From Paraspadella gotoi (lineage: Eukaryota; Animalia; Chaetognatha): a DNA stretch of 64,000 nt. The translations under genes and the position numbers were made by a program. Below the pieces are notes generated by a model. It was not told where the DNA came from. It saw only the letters and a list, made by a program, of their open reading frames with translations, and ran no database searches. Shown piece by piece: positions 57,649 through 64,000 of this stretch. The stretch's first letter is position 1, and every line of letters begins with the position of its first letter. The DNA is taken from positions 86,206 through 150,205 of the forward strand of contig JBJCIZ010000744.1 in assembly GCA_051294375.1 (NCBI GenBank). The letters run 5' to 3'.

Positions 57649-58620
57649 CTGAGAATCCGAAACTGAGACGATTGCGGACGAGAGCGTGGAGTGGGCTGGA
57701 AATATTAAAATTTGGGGAATTAATTTATCACTCAAATGATTAAATTAATTACTTATCAATCGGGTTTTTTATAAAGGTTTATCTAATTTTTAAATTAGGT
57801 TGAAGGTTAATTGTTTTTTTTTTAAATTTCTCTCGTTTGTCTGGTTTGAATTCACTCACAATAAATTTGGTTCGTCCTCTCATGTTCGGATTCGTCGAAG
57901 GTTTGGATACGAATAATTATTTGCGAAGCCTTTTTAAAATTCCGACTTTGTCAATGAAATGATTAGCAACTCATTAGGGAAATTAATAAACGTTAATAAA
58001 TGCGTCTCGAGATATTACGCCTCTCGGTATGAACTTTTAACGATTAGATCAAAAGGGAAAAGAAATTTAGTTCGCGAGTTCGCGAGTTTGCAAGTTTGCG
58101 AGTTTCCGAGACGATTCTCGGTCGAAAAAGAAAATAATATCTTCCACGCGCCGGCCTTTTTAAAAAAAAAATTATTATTTTTTGTTGTTTCAGAATAATT
58201 GATATTTTTTTGTTGTTGTTAAATTTTATTTTAATTTAGTTGACGTGAGACGGTCGATCAGAGGGGGGACGACGACGACGACGACGACGACNNNNNNNNN
58301 NGACGACAATGACGAGGATCGCGTGTTATTTCGCGATCGAAGAAAAAGACGCAAAAATGCGCGCGCGAGATTTTTTAAAAGGAAAAAAAATGTGATTCGC
58401 GTGATGACTCTTAATGTTCGTGGGCGGATTGTCTGAGAAGACACTTGTTATATGTGATGTTCATTTTCTAGTTTAAAACTAGAAATTAGAGGAATAGCTA
58501 AAAAGAACGATAGAGAATTGTTTATTTTACGATTCGTCTTTTCGTCCCCCTCATTAAACAACATTCGTTTGTTCAGAATCTAATTTGAATAAAGTGCTGC
58601 ATGATCGTTTATAATACTGC

Positions 58621-60847
58621 ATATGACACAATGAAAAATAACGTTGCGTTACTGTCTCGTGCTGATTTTGTCCCTTTAAAATTGTTTCTGAGCCAAATTA
58701 ATTGATTATTACTTTTGGTAATATGTGCGATATACACTACTGGACATTACTGTGTCTGACCATAACCCTTGACCATCAACAAAAAAGGGAACTAGATCAA
58801 AAATAGTAAAAAAGATGTAGCAAATATAGCTCGAAACGCTTACAAAATTTTAGACATTGCTTTTATAAATGCAAAAAAATATTAATATTATTAAACAAAA
58901 TTTTAACGATACTTAATAGTTAACCGAAACCAAGATGAATATTTTACCCATCATTTCCTCAATTTATATGAAATCATATGTTTGTAATTAGTCAATTATA
59001 CTAAATAACAATATGACAAATTCATTTTCAATTTTTTTATGAATGGGAAGTTTTTACTGCTTACTCCTTGTGTTTAATTATCTAATATTTTTGAGGTATT
59101 TCCAAAAACCTTATAATAATTACTATTTTTTCACTTTTTTTCAATTCTTTCAAACAAAACAATATCATAAAAACATTTTAAATTAATAAAAAAAAATTGA
59201 TTGAATGATTTTGGAAAAAAATATTTTGAAACTGAGAATAATGGATTTCGAGTTAGGAAAAAAATTTTGCAATTCTAAAAAAATCAGCCTCTAGCCTTCC
59301 GATTTTTTCTAGAGGCTGATTTTTTTATTTTTTGATATTTTGATTTTCTATGGCAAAACCATTATTCTCAATGAGTATAAGGTCGGAGGAAATTTTTTTC
59401 CAGCAATTTGAAAAAATTTCAGCTTTTTTAATTAGGCTTTTTTGGGGAAATAAATAAATCAATTATTATACGATGGGTACATCTGAAAGTGATATGTCTC
59501 TAAATGACAAAAAAATTTTCTTCAAATTTTCTTTAAAATTTAAGTATTGTATCAATAGAAATAAGTGAGATACTCCCGTTTGCCAAAATTTTTATTTAAC
59601 AAAGATTTGTACTGCGTAGTTTGAAAAAAAGTTATTTTATTAAATAACTTTTGAAAGAAAAGAGCTAGCAAGATGGGTGTGGTATCAATTAAAGCCTAAT
59701 CATGGGACACTTTCTAAAAAAGTTTTATTAAATTAAATCCATAAATCTTTATACAGCTTTTGTTTAAATCAGAGTTAAAAGTATAACAGTTTTTTGCTTT
59801 AAAAATTTTAATGAAGGCATATGAAATTTTTTATTTTCTTTTGTAATTTGAAAAAGGAAAGACTGAATTACATTTTGATTATTATTAAATTTTTTATTCT
59901 ATAAAACTGCTTATATTTTTAAGTTAAAGTAAAAAACAGCAAAAATTTATATTGGTAGCTTGATAAAATGTCTTTTTAAATATAAAAATGATAAATACAA
60001 AAATGTTTTATAGCTTGATATAAACAGTCTGGACATCTACCTTCTTGTCTGTGAAAAAAAAATCGGCATTTTTTATTATCTTTAACTGCAAACTAAAAGC
60101 TTGACACACTGCTGTTTATATAATAAAGTTTTAAAAAAATTATATAGCGGCAATATATTGACAAAGCAAGACATCATTGTGTTAAATTGTATTGATAATT
60201 TTCTTTTAAATATAGCAAGGAATTTAATTCTATTATTTATCATCCATTTTAATTAAAAAAAATATTTCTCATAATAGCCATTAAAAAGGGTTCATTGACT
60301 GACTTAATGATCAAATTTTTTATATATCTTTACTGCCCCCATTTCACAAGATATAAAAGGTCATGGTTTATCATGTCAGTAAGTCCAGATTATCTGTACC
60401 CCTTAATAAAACCTGCATTCTGAATTTTCTTTTTTCCCTTTCAAATGTATTAAATAAAAAAAATTATTTGAGAGAACAATCGGCGTGGAGGATGCCATTG
60501 GTAAGCCTTAGTTACCCCACTTCCCGATCGAATTTTTAAATGAGGTTTTTTTTCCATTTATTTGAGACATAACACTAACTATTGGTACATTATTTTTTTA
60601 ATTTTTTTTTATTACAATTCTAGGAATAAATATGAATAAGTAACTTTTTAAAGAATTTATCATCTTTCACCTATATTCGGTCATATCTAAAAAACAAAAA
60701 AAGATTTTGCATTGATATATTTGGATATCGACATATGAAACTATAAAATTTCAAAAAAATAAAAAGAAAATATAATAATATTGAACAGTGAATTTTTTTA
60801 TATGCACGGAACAGTAAAACGTTACGCCATTTTTCATTGTGTCATAT
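58621..60847. mobile_element. AT-rich non-autonomous DNA transposon (~2.2 kb) with terminal inverted repeats
   Basis: atatgacacaatgaaaaataacgttgcgttactgtctcgtgc (58621) is the imperfect reverse complement of gcacggaacagtaaaacgttacgccatttttcattgtgtcatat (ending 60847); a weaker inner inverted pair lies at ~58740/~60388; no ORF. Confidence 0.65.
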
Positions 60848-61203
60848 ATGAAAGTTTGCGAATTTGATTGTTTCACTATTTTCTATTTTTATATTTTATA
60901 ACATTAACGTTCAAGGCTTTACTATTTAATCTATATTATTTATTTATATGTATTTTTATATATCATTATATCTAATAATTCATTATTAGGAGGGGGAGGT
61001 AAGTAAGTATTGTTTTCTGGAAATAGAGGGAGCAATCTGTCCTAGTTTTCTAATAGATATCATACATCATATATCATTTTCATCATATATCATACATCAT
61101 TCCCGAAAGTAATGTTTATTTTCGTTTTTAAGTATTGATACTTTTTTTTCAGAATGTTTTATTTAAACGGTTGACTATGGGATATTTACAAAGTTTTATC
61201 GAT

Positions 61204-62115
<912 letters not shown>

Positions 62116-62292
62116 GATAGACTGGATTTTTCCCGGTTCTTCAAAACCGACACTGTAATTAATTAATTAATTAATTAATAATTTATTAATTTTTAATTTT
62201 GATTAATGCAGCTTGCATTTACATTTTATATAAAAGAAAAAAATATAAAAATGAAAATTAATTAGTTAATTACATATCTGATTACCACTAAT

Positions 62293-63049
62293 GATCGTGG
62301 GCAGATCCGGCATTGCTCGCTCTCGAATTTTCCTTGAGATTTTTAGATTTATTTCTTTTTGACAATTTTCAATAAAGTTTTAAAAACTTAGCTTGAATAG
62401 TGAATACTGGTATTTACTGGTACGCTAGTGAAATAAACTATAGTACCACCGCAAATTCGATGACAATCTCCAATTTCGAAATCTATATCTATATCTATAT
62501 CTATCATTTCTCAGCCCGTTTCTAATTTGTACTCGAATTGTACTTGTACCGCAACAAAAAAACTTTTCCCCCCCAAAGAAAAATTCATCAACCTCTCCCC
62601 TAACAAAAAATTTTCAATGATTATTGATTACTAATAAATGCTTTATTAAATTAATGAATAATTAATGAATTAATGTTGAAAAAATGATTGCAAGTTAAAA
62701 AAAAAATCTGGGAAAGCATAAAGATCGTCGCAATTGCAGAAAAAAAAAAAGGAGAGAGAGAGAGGAAGAGAGAGAGAGGAGTGAGTGAGAGAGAGCGAGA
62801 GAGAGAAGGAGACATAAAATAAAATAGAGGGATATTTGTTTGTTTTGATTTTAAAATGCTAAACAAAACATATTTAATAACTGTCCTAACCCCAATTTTA
62901 AGGACATCGATTGATGATAAGTTGAATATAAATTTAAAAAATTAATTATTACATATTAATTAATTAAATTAATTAATTAATTAAGATTTTAATTCAATTA
63001 ATTAATTATCGTTAGGCAGATCCGGACATTATTTGCCTCAAACTTGTTT
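62293..63049 (-). mobile_element. Two terminal fragments of the HINE-like family (62293-62322 and 63008-63049); a further one lies at 37926-37964
   Basis: GATCGTGGGCAGATCCGGCATTG..GCTCAAACTTGTT variants are the reverse complement of the 5' end of the 54089 element. Confidence 0.6.
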
Positions 63050-64000
63050 TCTCCACCGGCCGCTTTCGAGGGCGCTTGTTGTTCCGGAAAGAGGGAGAGA
63101 GAGATGGGGGGGAAGGGGAGGTGAAAATGGAACGCACGCGTTTTTTAGCTTTAGACGTTTAACTCCCCCGGGAAAAGAGGGGGGTAAACGAGATGGAAAG
63201 GGGGGAGAGAAGAAAGGGTAAGGAAGAGTCTTTTAGGGTGAAGAGGTTGGGATGGTCGGTCGAGGGGGAAGCGGGAGGTAGGGAAGAAGGGTGGGGCAGA
63301 ATGGTGGGGAGGATGGGATGATTAGCCATTTTTTGTCTCTTGCGAAATGGTTATATAGTTGCCACGGGAGAAACGCGTAAATGGCGCTTGCCTCGAAACT
63401 GAGAAATGTGAGAGGTTATTGTGGGTAGGGGGAATGGCTTGCTTGCTTAGGGGTAGGAGTGCTTGTAGGGACGGGGAGATAAAGATTTTTCCNNNNNNNN
63501 NNNNNNNNNNNNNNNNNCTCACTCTCTCTTTCTCTCTCTCTCGCGCCTGCGCGCGCGGGGCTGGCTTGAATTTTCTCATTTAGATGTCATTTGATGATTT
63601 ATTACTCCCACTCCTCCTCATCTTCCTCTTCCTCNNNNNNNNNNNNNNNNNNNNNNNNNGACCCCACGCCACGACACACCGCCCCACAGCCCACTCTCCC
63701 GCCTATGTCCATCCCCCGGACTGACAGACGACGCGCGGAGCGGCCACGGACTCTGCGGAATCCAGGAGTAGAGAACATGGATCTTCCAGCTTGGCGGCTC
63801 ACCCGACATGGGCAATGTCTTGTTCGCAAAGATGCTCTCTGGCGACATGTTTACCATGACACACTCACACGTCAATCCCGGCGTGGTCTACACACACTCT
63901 TTCCCCGAACCAACTTGGAGCAAACAGCTGGGCAGCTTTCCCAGCTGGCGAATTTCCTGAACACTACGCCTCCTCGACATCCCTATCCAAGCACCCATCA

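Noticed and set aside
57860-57883. Upstream ATG exon (MRGRTKFI|gtgagt) as the RanBD gene start
   Set aside because: Its phase-0 donor does not match the phase-1 acceptor at 57695; more likely a 5'-UTR exon with a uORF.
63660-64000. Coding-like GC-rich stretch at the window end
   Set aside because: Two frames are partly open, the sequence is noisy and truncated, and no family can be assigned; needs the next window.

Overview
Gappy draft sequence from a eukaryote, probably an invertebrate animal: GC-rich exons, AT-rich spliceosomal introns, dense (GA)n/(GAC)n microsatellites and many N gaps. Five protein-coding genes can be supported by manual splicing. (1) A highly divergent, multi-exon triosephosphate-isomerase (TPI)-like gene on the minus strand (~19.3-26.6 kb), missed by the ORF track, with its catalytic loop 6 replaced by a ~70-aa acidic insertion. 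(2) A ~1,240-aa plus-strand protein joining AT-hooks to a Fez/Fezf-type six-finger C2H2 array (35.6-41.5 kb). (3) An acid ceramidase (ASAH1-like) with an intron-free CDS. (4) A small MGCGGS-start, probably lipid-anchored, low-complexity protein. (5) A divergent Ran-binding-domain (RanBD1) protein with tandem peptide repeats. The large Fezf-like intron holds a foldback element and a Penelope-like remnant with a minimal hammerhead-ribozyme core and perfect 66-bp inverted repeats. Other elements are a Helentron/HINE-like insertion with three more terminal fragments, a 2.2-kb TIR element, an RFX X-box cluster, and an intron built largely from tandem copies of its own splice donor. The 21-27 kb and 47-52 kb stretches look like noisy, duplicated gap-fill, so indels there are unreliable. 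All homology calls come from recalled family motifs, not database searches.
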